Assembly: GCA_963827235.1 (NCBI GenBank)
Contig: CAWHAE010000009.1
Location: forward strand, 736,001 to 800,000
Source: an uncultured bacterium
Lineage (GTDB): Bacteria; Chloroflexota; UBA5177; JANWHV01
Reading direction: 5' to 3'
Length of the DNA stretch: 64,000 nt
Shown here: piece by piece, positions 49,374 to 58,827 of the stretch
How positions within the stretch are numbered: the first letter of the stretch is position 1
Layout of the letters: each line of letters opens with the position of its first letter
The notes under the pieces: generated by a model
Seen by the model: only the letters and a program-made list of their open reading frames with translations
Told to the model about the DNA's origin: nothing
The model's database searches: none
Position numbers and translations under genes: made by a program

Positions 49374-51287
49374 ATGAGCCAACAGAACACCGGCGCTCAA
49401 GAGCGGGTGCCTGCCACCCAGCGGCCGGCGGTGAGCACGACGGCGCCGGGGAGTCTGCCGGCGGAGGCGCTTCGCGATCGCGCCGGCGCTCAGCGCTGGC
49501 AGTTGCGGCACGACAACGAGACCGATCCCCTGGGTCCGGCGCCGGGACAGGCAGTAGAAGTGCGGGCATCGTCGGGCGAGCGCCTGCCCGTGGGCCGGGC
49601 CTCCATCTTCTTTACCGTCGACGGCTCGAAACCGGCCATCGACTCCGCCGCCGTGCCGATGCGTCGCGCCGCGGTCGATTGGGACCGCGACGCCGGCTTC
49701 CTGACGCGCTGGCTCGGCATACTGCCGGCGCAGCCGGCCGGTACGATCGTACGCTACCGCATCGGCGCCTGGCGCCACGCCGGGGCCGGGTCCACCGCCG
49801 AGCCGGACTGGTGGGCCCAGGATGGGCAGGGATTCTGGTACAAGCACGCAGGCGACGCCGGCATCACCACGTTTGCCTACCGGGTGGAGACCGGCGAAGA
49901 AGCGTGTCCCGACTGGGCGCGCGATGCCGTGATCTACCAGATCTTTCTTGACCGCTTTCACCCGGGCACCACGGACGGAGCGTTTGCGGACAAGGCCGGC
50001 CCGCACGCCCTGCACGGCGGCACACTGGAGGGCGTGCGGCGAGCGCTCCCCTACCTGGAGGATCTCGGCATCACCTGCATCTGGCTCTCTCCCTTCTGCG
50101 CTTCCCCGTCGTATCACCGGTATGATGCCGCCGATCTCTACACCGTCGACCCCAATCTCGGCACGAACGAAGACATGCGCCGGCTCACCGGCGACGCCCA
50201 CGCCCGCGGCATGCGCGTGATGATGGATTTTGTGCCGGCGCATTGCTCGCGTCTGCACCCGGCCTTCGTGGAGGCGCAAAAGGACCGGTCGGCCGCCACC
50301 GCGAGCTGGTTCTATTTCACGGAGTGGCCTCGCGGCTACCGCTGCTTCCTCGATAGGTCGCCGTCGCTCCCCTCCTTCAACGGCGACGACGAGGGCGCTC
50401 GCCGATACCTGATTCATAATGCCCTGTACTGGGCCGGTGATTACGGCGTCGATGCGTTTCGTCTCGACCATGCCATCGGCTTGAGCATGGATTTCTGGGT
50501 CGCCTTCCGCGATGCCACGCGGTCCGCGCGGCCGGACATCTTCACGGTGGGAGAGGCGACCGACACGCCGGACAGCCTGCGCCGGTACCGCGGACGCCTG
50601 GATGCGATACTCGACTTTCCACTTGCTGCCATGCTCAGGGAGACCTTCAGCGGACCGGCCGGCGATGTGGCGGCTCTCGACGGCTTTCTCACCGCGTATC
50701 TCCAGTATCTGGCCGGTGGCCCGGCCGGCGTCGGATTCCTCGACAACCACGACATGAACCGCTTCCTCTTCCTGGCCAATGGAGACGTCGAGCGGCTCAA
50801 GGTCGCGGCACTCTGCCTGTTCACGCTGCCGGCCACGCCCGTCATCTACTACGGCACGGAGATCGCTCTGCCGCAGCTGCACGACATAGCGGCGCCCGGC
50901 TCGACCGGCGACGCGGAGGTGCGCACCGACATGCCGTGGAGCAAAGACCGCTGGAATCTCGGCGTCCACGCGAGCTTCCGCGACCTGGTCGCTCTGCGCC
51001 GCCGCTCCGAAGCGCTGCGGCGAGGGGCATGGCAATCCGCCTACGTGGGAGAAGAAACGCGGACATATGTCTATCGCCGAACCATTGTCGGCGATCCCCG
51101 CGCCGAGATGCTGATCGCCTTCAACATCGGCGATCGGCGGAGCGCGGCACCGCTCGGCACTGCCGGGCCATATCGGGTTGTCTACGCCACGCGCGACGCC
51201 GCAGCCGTGCGGCTGGACCAGGCTGCCGGCTCCGTGACACTGCCCCCCGTCTGCGGAGCAGTCCTGTCGGCCGCGACCATATCCTGA
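49374..51287 (+). CDS. GH13 alpha-amylase family (neopullulanase/cyclomaltodextrinase-like)
   Basis: YQIFLDRF, HRYD, DFVPAH, FRLDHA, VGEA, FLDNHD, IYYGTE. Confidence 0.9.
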   Translation: MSQQNTGAQERVPATQRPAVSTTAPGSLPAEALRDRAGAQRWQLRHDNETDPLGPAPGQAVEVRASSGERLPVGRASIFFTVDGSKPAIDSAAVPMRRAAVDWDRDAGFLTRWLGILPAQPAGTIVRYRIGAWRHAGAGSTAEPDWWAQDGQGFWYKHAGDAGITTFAYRVETGEEACPDWARDAVIYQIFLDRFHPGTTDGAFADKAGPHALHGGTLEGVRRALPYLEDLGITCIWLSPFCASPSYHRYDAADLYTVDPNLGTNEDMRRLTGDAHARGMRVMMDFVPAHCSRLHPAFVEAQKDRSAATASWFYFTEWPRGYRCFLDRSPSLPSFNGDDEGARRYLIHNALYWAGDYGVDAFRLDHAIGLSMDFWVAFRDATRSARPDIFTVGEATDTPDSLRRYRGRLDAILDFPLAAMLRETFSGPAGDVAALDGFLTAYLQYLAGGPAGVGFLDNHDMNRFLFLANGDVERLKVAALCLFTLPATPVIYYGTEIALPQLHDIAAPGSTGDAEVRTDMPWSKDRWNLGVHASFRDLVALRRRSEALRRGAWQSAYVGEETRTYVYRRTIVGDPRAEMLIAFNIGDRRSAAPLGTAGPYRVVYATRDAAAVRLDQAAGSVTLPPVCGAVLSAATIS

Positions 51288-51335
51288 CACGGCAGGCATG
51301 AGGTCCGGCTGAGCGGCCGACCGGCGCGGCCGTCC

Positions 51336-51389
51336 ATCATCTAACTGTCATTTTTGGGTCATAAGCCGATCATCGTGATGGCCTATGCT
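51336..51389 (+). promoter_or_regulatory. OmpR/PhoB-type repeat array and -10 of the apbE operon
   Basis: ATCAT 51336, GTCAT 51347, GTCAT 51358, ATCAT 51369, 10-bp gap, TATGCT 51384-51389. Confidence 0.75.
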
Positions 51390-51469
51390 GAAGTCGTGCC
51401 GATGCAGGGGAGAAACGCCCGGTCAGGCGACCTGCATCGGCCCGGCAAAGCACTCATCAGGAGAAATCG

Positions 51470-51868
51470 ATGATTACGGCAGCGGAACAGACCGTGCGGT
51501 CCGGCTCGGGCATGAGATCGGCTCTGCCGCCGAACGCCGGCGCGGTGAGGGCGCCGGCCCGCGCGAGTGGTGTCTCGGAGCAGCAGCAGCGCAAGAGCCA
51601 GGCCCTGCAGCGGTTGCCCGGACTGAAGCAGAGTATTATCCTGGCCAGCATGGCGGCATTCAGCGTTTTCAGCCTGCTGGTCGGCAGTCATCAGATCGGC
51701 AGCAGCGCAACGGCGTCGTCCAGGCTGAGCGGATCCGTCACGCAGGCGCAATCGAGCCAGAGTCAGCAACCGGGGGACTCAGGCTACTTCAGTCAGAATC
51801 AAGGAGGCTATAGCTTTGGCTCAGGCGGTTCATCCCAGGCGCCGGTTGCCGGATCCGGAACCTCCTGA
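51470..51868 (+). CDS. small single-TM protein with a Ser/Gly/Gln-rich tail (candidate flavinylation substrate)
   Basis: AGGAG RBS; basic N-region, one hydrophobic helix, low-complexity tail ending PVAGSGTS. Confidence 0.7.
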   Translation: MITAAEQTVRSGSGMRSALPPNAGAVRAPARASGVSEQQQRKSQALQRLPGLKQSIILASMAAFSVFSLLVGSHQIGSSATASSRLSGSVTQAQSSQSQQPGDSGYFSQNQGGYSFGSGGSSQAPVAGSGTS

Positions 51869-51887
51869 CCTAGCCGTCCCTCCGGGG

Positions 51888-52829
51888 ATGCAGCGTGAGC
51901 GCTTCCATGCCATGGGCACGACGGTGTCGCTCTTGCTGCCCGAGCAGCGGGCACACGATGGGAAGCGGGCCGTGCAGGCCCTCTTCGCAGAGTGGGAGGA
52001 GACGCTCAGCCGCTTTCGACCCGACAGCGAGTTGTCGCGCCTCAACGGCCAGGCCGGCCGGCCGGTGGCGGTGAGCCCTCTGCTCTACCACGTCTTGCAG
52101 ACGGCCCTCTCGGCGGCTGAGTCGACGGAGGGTGCCTACGATCCCTCGATGCTGTACCAGATCGCCGACCTGGGATACGACCGCACCTTCGACGAGCTCA
52201 TGGCAACCACGGGCGACGGTGCTGGCCCGTCTGGTCGAGCGTCCGCTGGGGAGAGTCCGGCGCGACCGCGCGCCGGCTGGCGGCAGATCAAGCTGGATCG
52301 GGAGCGCGGCGAGGTTACCCTTCCCGAAGGCGTGGGCGTGGACTTCGGCGGGATCGCCAAGGGATTGGCGGTGGACGAGTCGCTGGTCCGGCTCCGCCTG
52401 ATCGGCATCGAGGCGGCCATGGTGAACGCCGGCGGCGATCTTGCCGTGCGCGGACTGCCTCCTCGACTCGACTGTTGGCCCGTCGTGGTGCAGGGCATCG
52501 ACCGGGCGTGGACCATTCCCTTGCGCAACGGCGCGATCGCGACCTCCGGCATCGCCCGCAGGCACTGGCTTCAAGGGAATGCCGAGCGGCATCACTTGCT
52601 CGATCCCGGTACCGGGATGCCGGCGAGGAGCGGGCTGTGGGCCGTATCGGCCGTGGCAGGAGTTTGCGGTCAGGCCGAGGTAGCCGCGAAGACGGCGTTC
52701 ATTCGCGGGCCGGCCAGCGGCCGCCGGTTCCTCGAGATGCACGGTCTTGCCGGGCTGCTGGTGCAGAGCAATGGCGACTGGATCGTGGCCGGCAACCTGG
52801 TGTTGACAGAGCTGCAGGACAATAGCTGA
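51888..52829 (+). CDS. apbE: FAD:protein FMN transferase
   Basis: AMGT, LSRFRPDSELSRLN, DFGGIAKG, NAGGD, ATSG, HHLLDPGTG; no signal peptide or lipobox seen. Confidence 0.92.
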   Translation: MQRERFHAMGTTVSLLLPEQRAHDGKRAVQALFAEWEETLSRFRPDSELSRLNGQAGRPVAVSPLLYHVLQTALSAAESTEGAYDPSMLYQIADLGYDRTFDELMATTGDGAGPSGRASAGESPARPRAGWRQIKLDRERGEVTLPEGVGVDFGGIAKGLAVDESLVRLRLIGIEAAMVNAGGDLAVRGLPPRLDCWPVVVQGIDRAWTIPLRNGAIATSGIARRHWLQGNAERHHLLDPGTGMPARSGLWAVSAVAGVCGQAEVAAKTAFIRGPASGRRFLEMHGLAGLLVQSNGDWIVAGNLVLTELQDNS

Positions 52830-52900
52830 CTGCCGGTCCCGCGGAGATTACCGCGCCCGCTGCCGGTCGCGCGGATCGCTAGACGCTGAAGGTAGGGATC

Positions 52901-53521
52901 GTGACTGACTGGAACCAGGTGACATGGACCGTGGCCCGCGCCGGAGGCATGACCGCGTATGCGCTGGTCACCACGTCGGTCGTGCTGGGTCTCGCGCTCT
53001 CTATGCGCTGGCAGCGCCCAAGCTGGCCGCGCCTGATCACCAATGAGCTGCACTCGTTTGTGACCCTGCTCAGCCTGGTGTTCGTGGCCGTGCACGTCGG
53101 GGCCGTGTGGATCGATCCCTATCTGAAGTTTGGCTGGAACGAGGTGTTCATACCCTTTGCCAGTCACTATCGTCCGCTCTGGACGGCCCTCGGCATCGTG
53201 GGCCTCTACTTGCTGCTCGCGGTGCGAATCAGCACGCAGATCCGGCCCTGGATCGGGCAGACATGGTGGAGGCGGCTGCATGGCCTGGCCTTCGTCGTGT
53301 TTGCCTTCACCACCGTGCACGGCATGACCGCGGGCAGCGACGCGCGGACGCCCTGGGCGATCGCGATCTACTGCGCCGCGCTGCTGTTGGTCGGCGGGCT
53401 CCTGCAGGTGCGCCTCTTGACCCCGATCGGCGCGCGCGGCCGGACCTACCCGGGGCTGGCGGTCGTGGCACTGCTCTTCACTCTGGGCTGCGTGCTGTGG
53501 ACGTTGACCGCGCCGCTCTGA
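52901..53521 (+). CDS. ferric-reductase-like/MsrQ-like transmembrane cytochrome b
   Basis: About 6 TM helices; four candidate heme His (ELH, AVH, WRRLH, TVH). Confidence 0.85.
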   Translation: MTDWNQVTWTVARAGGMTAYALVTTSVVLGLALSMRWQRPSWPRLITNELHSFVTLLSLVFVAVHVGAVWIDPYLKFGWNEVFIPFASHYRPLWTALGIVGLYLLLAVRISTQIRPWIGQTWWRRLHGLAFVVFAFTTVHGMTAGSDARTPWAIAIYCAALLLVGGLLQVRLLTPIGARGRTYPGLAVVALLFTLGCVLWTLTAPL

Positions 53522-53597
53522 TGCCTCGCGACTCCGGGCGACGGGCTAGGAGGCCGGAGAGGGCGCGGCACCGGCGGCTACGTCCGCCCGGTACCGG

Positions 53598-54425
53598 TCA
53601 TCCGGCGTGCGTCAAGTCGATCGGCTCACCGATCCGTGGGATGAGCACCTCGCCGCGCCCGCCCAGCTTGCGATAAGTCTCGGCAAAGAGCGCAGGATCG
53701 AGCGTCGCCTCGTCGCCCGCCGTGTTGACTGCCCACAGGTAGTGGTGCATGGGAATGACCACGCGGGCACCTAGCTGCCAGGCCAGCATGGCCGCTTCGT
53801 GTGCGTTCATGTTGCCGCCGACGCCGTTGATGCATATGCTTGCCACGTCGAAGCGGCGCTGCTTGAGCAGGCGCAGGCGCACGTCGTACTCCGTGTCTCC
53901 CGAGTGATAGATGGTCACGCCCTGCGCGGTCAGCACGATACCCATCGCGTCGGGCGTCTCCCATCCCAGCGAGTCTGTCACGTGGCGCGCGGGCACGTGT
54001 GCGATCGTGGCGTCCTTGACAGGCACGGACTGGCCCTCGGAAAGCGCGATTACGCGGCTGCGAGGCACGCCCCAGCCCAGGGCACGGGACATCGCCGAGG
54101 GCGGCATGACGAAGCGAGTCCCGGCGCTATGTTGGGCGATGAGCGGAATCGTGCCGGGGTCCAGGTGGTCCTCGTGCCAGTGCGAGGAGACTACCACGTC
54201 GGGCCGGGCCTCTTCAGGGGCAATGGGCGCCGGGAAGGCGCGTGCCTGGTCGAAAATACGGGCGACGCTGTCGGAGAGGTATGGATCCACGTAGATCTGT
54301 GTGCCGTCCGGTGTCTTGAAGACGAAGCCGGAACCGCCCAGCCACCACGCGGTCACATGCCCTTGGGGCACGGCATACTCGGCAATGCGCCCGACCAACC
54401 CGCGCTGCTCGCCCGCCACGTTCAT
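53598..54425 (-). CDS. MBL-fold metallohydrolase (UlaG-like)
   Basis: WLGGSGF, VDPYLS, SHWHEDHLD, YHSGDT, IPMHH. Confidence 0.85.
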   Translation of the reverse strand: MNVAGEQRGLVGRIAEYAVPQGHVTAWWLGGSGFVFKTPDGTQIYVDPYLSDSVARIFDQARAFPAPIAPEEARPDVVVSSHWHEDHLDPGTIPLIAQHSAGTRFVMPPSAMSRALGWGVPRSRVIALSEGQSVPVKDATIAHVPARHVTDSLGWETPDAMGIVLTAQGVTIYHSGDTEYDVRLRLLKQRRFDVASICINGVGGNMNAHEAAMLAWQLGARVVIPMHHYLWAVNTAGDEATLDPALFAETYRKLGGRGEVLIPRIGEPIDLTHAG

Positions 54426-54654
54426 CGTTGTTCCCCTTTCCATAACATCACGGTTACTCCCGACATGCTAGCTCACGCTTCCCGGCCGCGACAAGCCGGG
54501 CTGTTGACCTGCCTGGCTATCGTGGTTCTCTGGTGGGCGACAGGGACGTACCGCCGCGCCGTAGCGTGACTCGTCGGCCTGCGCCAGGCGGCTGGCTTCT
54601 CCAGACGCGACGGACTGCCGTGTTTCTCGAGAGACTGAGCTCAGTGCGCTGCAT

Positions 54655-55380
54655 TCAGCGCCAGCGGGCCGCCAGCCACTCGGCATGCGGCATGCCGCTC
54701 TGCAATATTGCCTGCGCCACGCGATCCGCGTCGATGGGCAGGCGTCGCAGCTCGGCGCTGAGGCGCCCTGCCTCGTGCTCGACGATCGCGTACTCGGCCC
54801 AGGGCAAATGATGCGTGCCTTCCACGGTCACCTCGAAAGGCAGCCCGACGCTTCCCGGGTTGAGCAGCAGCGCCTGCCGGTAGCGCCGGACGAACGGGAC
54901 GTGGGTGTGGCCTCCGGCCATCACCAGAGCGCCGTGTCCCGCCAGCATGCGTGCAAGTACATTGTCCGGCGTAGCGGGAAAGATGTCGGCGATGTTGCTG
55001 CGCGGCGATCCGTGGAAGCAGAGCATCGAGGCATGGTCGTCCAGCGAGAGGGTGATCGTGGACCGGAAGCTACGAAGCAAAGCCAGATCCTCCGCGCTGA
55101 GCCGAGATGCGCACCAGCCATCTATCTCAACCCAGCGGCGCCCTTCCTCGTCGAGCGGCACGCTCCGCACCTGACGGACGGCGTCGGCGTCGGTATTGCC
55201 CAGTACGCACGGGCAGGCCAGCTCGCGCAGTCGCAGCATCACCTCGTGGGGTTGGGGCCCACCGGCAGCTACGTCGCCCAGGCACACGACCTCTTCGACC
55301 CCTGCGCGTGCGAGGTCGGCGAGCACCGCCTCCAGGGAAATCAGATTCCCATGGATGTCGGAGATGACGGCCACGCGCAC
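54655..55380 (-). CDS. calcineurin-like metallophosphoesterase
   Basis: SDIHGN, LGDV, GNTD, FHGSP, GHTH, NPGSVG. Confidence 0.9.
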   Translation of the reverse strand: MRVAVISDIHGNLISLEAVLADLARAGVEEVVCLGDVAAGGPQPHEVMLRLRELACPCVLGNTDADAVRQVRSVPLDEEGRRWVEIDGWCASRLSAEDLALLRSFRSTITLSLDDHASMLCFHGSPRSNIADIFPATPDNVLARMLAGHGALVMAGGHTHVPFVRRYRQALLLNPGSVGLPFEVTVEGTHHLPWAEYAIVEHEAGRLSAELRRLPIDADRVAQAILQSGMPHAEWLAARWR

Positions 55381-55408
55381 GTTCAGTACCTCCCGGCGAC
55401 CGCGACGA

Positions 55409-56266
55409 TCATGTCGAAACGGCCGTGCGCGGCTCCGGATCGCCGGCTGGCTCGGATAGTCCGGCACCGCTCTCGATCAACCTGGTCAGCCGCTTGATGA
55501 AACGGGCTGCCGGCGCGCCGTCGATGACGTCGTGGTCCATGGCGAGGGTCAGGCAGAGGTAGTCGCGCGTCTCGATGTGCTCGGCGGCCAGGACCGGCCT
55601 GTTGCTGACGCCTCCCACGATCAACGTGAGTGTGTGGGCCATGGGCGCCACGCCCCATCCCGCGCCGCGACCGAACATGCTCATAGCCGTGAACCCCACG
55701 GTCCCGGTGAGGCGCTTGCGGCGGAACGGATCGCGCACCGCCCACTGCCAGACTAGGCGCCGCGCTGCGCCCGGGAGCAGCAGCCAGCTCGAGAGCAGGC
55801 GCCCAACCTGCGGCCGCAGCCACCGCGGTAGAGTGCGTACGGCCACGGTATCCGGATCGTCGTCCTGAGCCCTCTGCAGCTCCTGCTGGATCTGTGACAA
55901 CGTCTTTGTGTTGGCAGCCCGCAGGACCGTGGGCATGGGCATCTTCAACCCGTGCACGTCCCGTTCCACCATGATGCCGAGGTCGACCTCCGCGAAGTGC
56001 ACCAGCCGGCGCCGGCCAAGCCGGTAGGCGTGCATCGCCTTATCCTCGTCCACCGCGCGCGCCAGGCAGTAGATGAGAAAGCCGGTGAGCGAAAGCGGCG
56101 AGCCCGTGCGGGCGCGGTAGGCTCTGACGGCGGCGCGGCACGAGGTGACGTCCACCTCGGCCAGGGCGTACATCATGTGCCGCCGGCGATTGAGCTCCAT
56201 CCAGTCGATTGCCTGACGCCGAAGCGGCAGAAACGGTACCGTGGAATGGTCGGGCTGCGGAGGCAT
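55409..56266 (-). CDS. stand-alone 2-oxo-acid dehydrogenase E2-like acyltransferase catalytic domain
   Basis: EVDVT, DHDVIDGAPAARF (HxxxDG); no lipoyl or E3-binding domain. Confidence 0.82.
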   Translation of the reverse strand: MPPQPDHSTVPFLPLRRQAIDWMELNRRRHMMYALAEVDVTSCRAAVRAYRARTGSPLSLTGFLIYCLARAVDEDKAMHAYRLGRRRLVHFAEVDLGIMVERDVHGLKMPMPTVLRAANTKTLSQIQQELQRAQDDDPDTVAVRTLPRWLRPQVGRLLSSWLLLPGAARRLVWQWAVRDPFRRKRLTGTVGFTAMSMFGRGAGWGVAPMAHTLTLIVGGVSNRPVLAAEHIETRDYLCLTLAMDHDVIDGAPAARFIKRLTRLIESGAGLSEPAGDPEPRTAVST

Positions 56267-56454
56267 GGGCAGTGCTTTCTTGCTTGCCGGCAGAGCCCGG
56301 CAACGGGTGTCGGACCTGATGCCGCGCGCAGGCATCATGCGTAGGGTACCAGCGCGGCGGGCCGAGCGGGCATCGGATTGGGCATGAGACACGGCTCGCA
56401 CGAGGTCCGTTCGACGTGCTTGACGGCAGGCGCTGCCGTCCGGAGGGCCCGGTT

Positions 56455-56888
56455 ATGGCTGTTCCCGTTCTCGAGCTCGAGGAGCTGTGCAAGCGCTATG
56501 GGGACGTGCAGGCACTGGAGGACCTGAGCTTCCAGGTGAGAGCCGGTGAGCTGTTCGGCTTCGTCGGCAGCAATGGCGCCGGCAAGACCACCGTGATGTG
56601 AGTCTGCCGATCGTCGCCGGCTTTCTCCTGACCTACGCCGCCATCGCCTCGCCGTACGCGTGGTGGATACAGTTGCTCTCCTTCCTGCCGCCCCTGGCGC
56701 CGGTGCTGATACCGGCGCGACTGGCTCTGGGAGCCATCTCGTGGTGGGAGATGCCCGTCGCCCTGCTGATCACGGGTGCTGCCGTGTACGGTATGGCACG
56801 CCTGGCGGCTCGGATCTACTCCCCGGCACTGGTCTGCGGCGGCGGCCGGCTGGGCTGGGGCGAAGCGCTCCGTCTGCGCAACGGCTGA
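56455..56888 (+). pseudogene. deletion remnant joining the 5' end of an ABC ATPase to the 3' end of an ABC-2 permease
   Basis: MAVPVLELEELCKRYG...GSNGAGKTT stops at 56601; followed directly by LSFLPPLAPVLIPAR...AARIY permease tail. Confidence 0.8.
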
Positions 56889-56925
56889 CGCGGACGCCAT
56901 CCTGCCCCGGACGCGGGCTGGAGTA

Positions 56926-56954
56926 TTGACGTCCGCCTGCCGCCGTTGTACTAT
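56926..56954 (+). promoter_or_regulatory. sigma70 promoter of the padR operon
   Basis: TTGACG-17 bp-TACTAT; AT-rich stretch just downstream may be the operator. Confidence 0.6.
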
Positions 56955-57004
56955 TACGTAATGCGATATAGCGATAAGTGTACTAGCAGTCGGGACGTTG
57001 GGAG

Positions 57005-57322
57005 ATGAGCGTCGAGTCGCCAGACCTGGGAAGATTCACGGAGCCGTCGCTCTTCATCCTGGTCAGCTTGGCGTCGGGTCCGAAGCATGGCTACGCGATG
57101 ATGGATGACATCGAGAGCTTCGCAGCAGTACGTCTGGGAGCTGGGACTCTCTACGGGGCACTCGCGCGCCTGGAAGGCCGTGGCTGGGTGGAGGCACTGC
57201 CGTCCGAGGATCGGCGGCGGCCGTATCGTCTGACGCGAGCCGGGGCAGATGTGCTTGAAGCGAAGCTGTCCGGGCTCGACGCCTGTGTGGCGCTGGGACG
57301 CCGCCGTCTGGCGGCGTCATGA
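57005..57322 (+). CDS. PadR-family transcriptional regulator
   Basis: [34 protein letters not shown]. Confidence 0.9.
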   Translation: MSVESPDLGRFTEPSLFILVSLASGPKHGYAMMDDIESFAAVRLGAGTLYGALARLEGRGWVEALPSEDRRRPYRLTRAGADVLEAKLSGLDACVALGRRRLAAS

Positions 57323-57888
57323 GACGGTTGCTTGTCCTGCTTTATCCCCGTACGTGGCGGCAGCGCTATGCCGCTGAGTTTCTTGCCCTGCTCGAGCAGG
57401 AGGCGCTGACACCTGGAGAGCTCCTCGATATCGTGCGTGGTGCCCTCGACGCACATCGACTGCACCTCGCGCAGCGATCCCAGGCCGTTCACACCGGCGT
57501 TGCATCGGGCATCAGCCGTCGTAAATCACGAGAACGAAGGGAGTGGCAGGTGGATCGGGAACGTGACGCTATGCGGTGCTCGTTCTGCGGAAAGAGCCAG
57601 AACCAGGTCAGCCGGCTCATCGCGGGTCCCCACGTCTATGTCTGCGACGAATGCGTCGGCCGGTGTAACCAAATACTGGCGGACTATGGGGCCAAGCCGC
57701 CCGCAGCCGCTCGTCATCGCGCGTGGCGACGATGGCGAGCGAGAGCCTGGCACGCCTGCCGCGGTGTCTTGAGACTGCCGGGCAGCATACTGTTGGATCG
57801 AGGATGGACACGCTACGGCCGGACGCAGGCGCTCGCCCTGGCCGGGATAGTGGTCGAGGATCCGCGCCAAGTGCCCGCCAAGCGGTGA
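57319..57888 (+). CDS. PadR-partner-like protein fused to a ClpX-type C4 zinc finger
   Basis: [15 protein letters not shown]-terminus; [27 protein letters not shown]; ATGA overlap with padR. Confidence 0.75.
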   Translation: MRRLLVLLYPRTWRQRYAAEFLALLEQEALTPGELLDIVRGALDAHRLHLAQRSQAVHTGVASGISRRKSRERREWQVDRERDAMRCSFCGKSQNQVSRLIAGPHVYVCDECVGRCNQILADYGAKPPAAARHRAWRRWRARAWHACRGVLRLPGSILLDRGWTRYGRTQALALAGIVVEDPRQVPAKR

Positions 57889-57927
57889 CCGGTGCCCATG
57901 GCCTCCCTGGCTAGCTGAGCGTCACCA

Positions 57928-58713
57928 TCAGGGCCAGCGTGGAGGGATCGAGGGCTCCACGACCTGCAGCATGCCGTGTACCGTCTGCCCCGAAAGCACG
58001 TGCACCGCGGGGTTAGCGACGGTGATGCCGGGTACGGGGTCGTAGAGATTGAAGGAGGCGTCCGTGTCGGGCCCTCCCAGCGAGGTGACCGTGACCGGAA
58101 TGCCGCCGGATCGTCCCTGGGCAATGCTGATCTGTACCGCTTCCACCGATGCGCTGATGCCGCCCACGAACATGCTGATCGGCACCTGCGCCGTGGCCGT
58201 GCCCAGCGAGATGGACAGAGTGCCAGTGGGAGAGACCTGCCCGTCTGCCTGGTTACCCGTCACCTGGATCTGCACCATCTCACGCGCCTTCACCGCGAGG
58301 GAGCCAGATCCGGGTGTCTGCGCGTCGAGGGTACAGACATTCTGGTAGTAGGATGTCTTGCCCTTGTAGCCTCGGGGCAACTCCCCTGGATCAATGAAGA
58401 CTCGCTCCCGGGTGACGGTGTAGCTGGCCAGGCTGGCTACCTGGAAGTCGGCGCTGCCATTGGTGATGCTGGCCGTGACAGTCCCGTCGACCGGGGAAAC
58501 GAAGGATTCCGTGGCGCTCGCCGTGCTGCCCGGCGTGGCGCGACCCAGGTCGAGGCTGGGAAGCTGATCCCAGGGGTTCAGACTGCAGGCCGTCGTCGTA
58601 TCGCCGCTTGACGCGGTGGCCCCGGCAGGCGCGACAAGCGGCGCCATCGTCAGGTTGCCCGCAATGAGGAGACCAAGGATCAGGCATGTGACGCTGCCGT
58701 CTCGGAGATTCAT
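57928..58713 (-). CDS. secreted hypothetical protein (beta-rich, possibly 3'-truncated)
   Basis: Signal-peptide-like N-terminus; Thr/Ser/Gly-rich beta-strand pattern. Confidence 0.6.
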   Translation of the reverse strand: MNLRDGSVTCLILGLLIAGNLTMAPLVAPAGATASSGDTTTACSLNPWDQLPSLDLGRATPGSTASATESFVSPVDGTVTASITNGSADFQVASLASYTVTRERVFIDPGELPRGYKGKTSYYQNVCTLDAQTPGSGSLAVKAREMVQIQVTGNQADGQVSPTGTLSISLGTATAQVPISMFVGGISASVEAVQISIAQGRSGGIPVTVTSLGGPDTDASFNLYDPVPGITVANPAVHVLSGQTVHGMLQVVEPSIPPRWP

Positions 58714-58827
58714 CTGGCATCACTTTTCCACTCGATGCACGGAGTTCGGTTACACGTGCACATCGACGAGCAATTGGCGCTGAATCGTTTTTCGTGCTTC
58801 GCGACTTGAGTGTGTGCTTGCGTCGCG

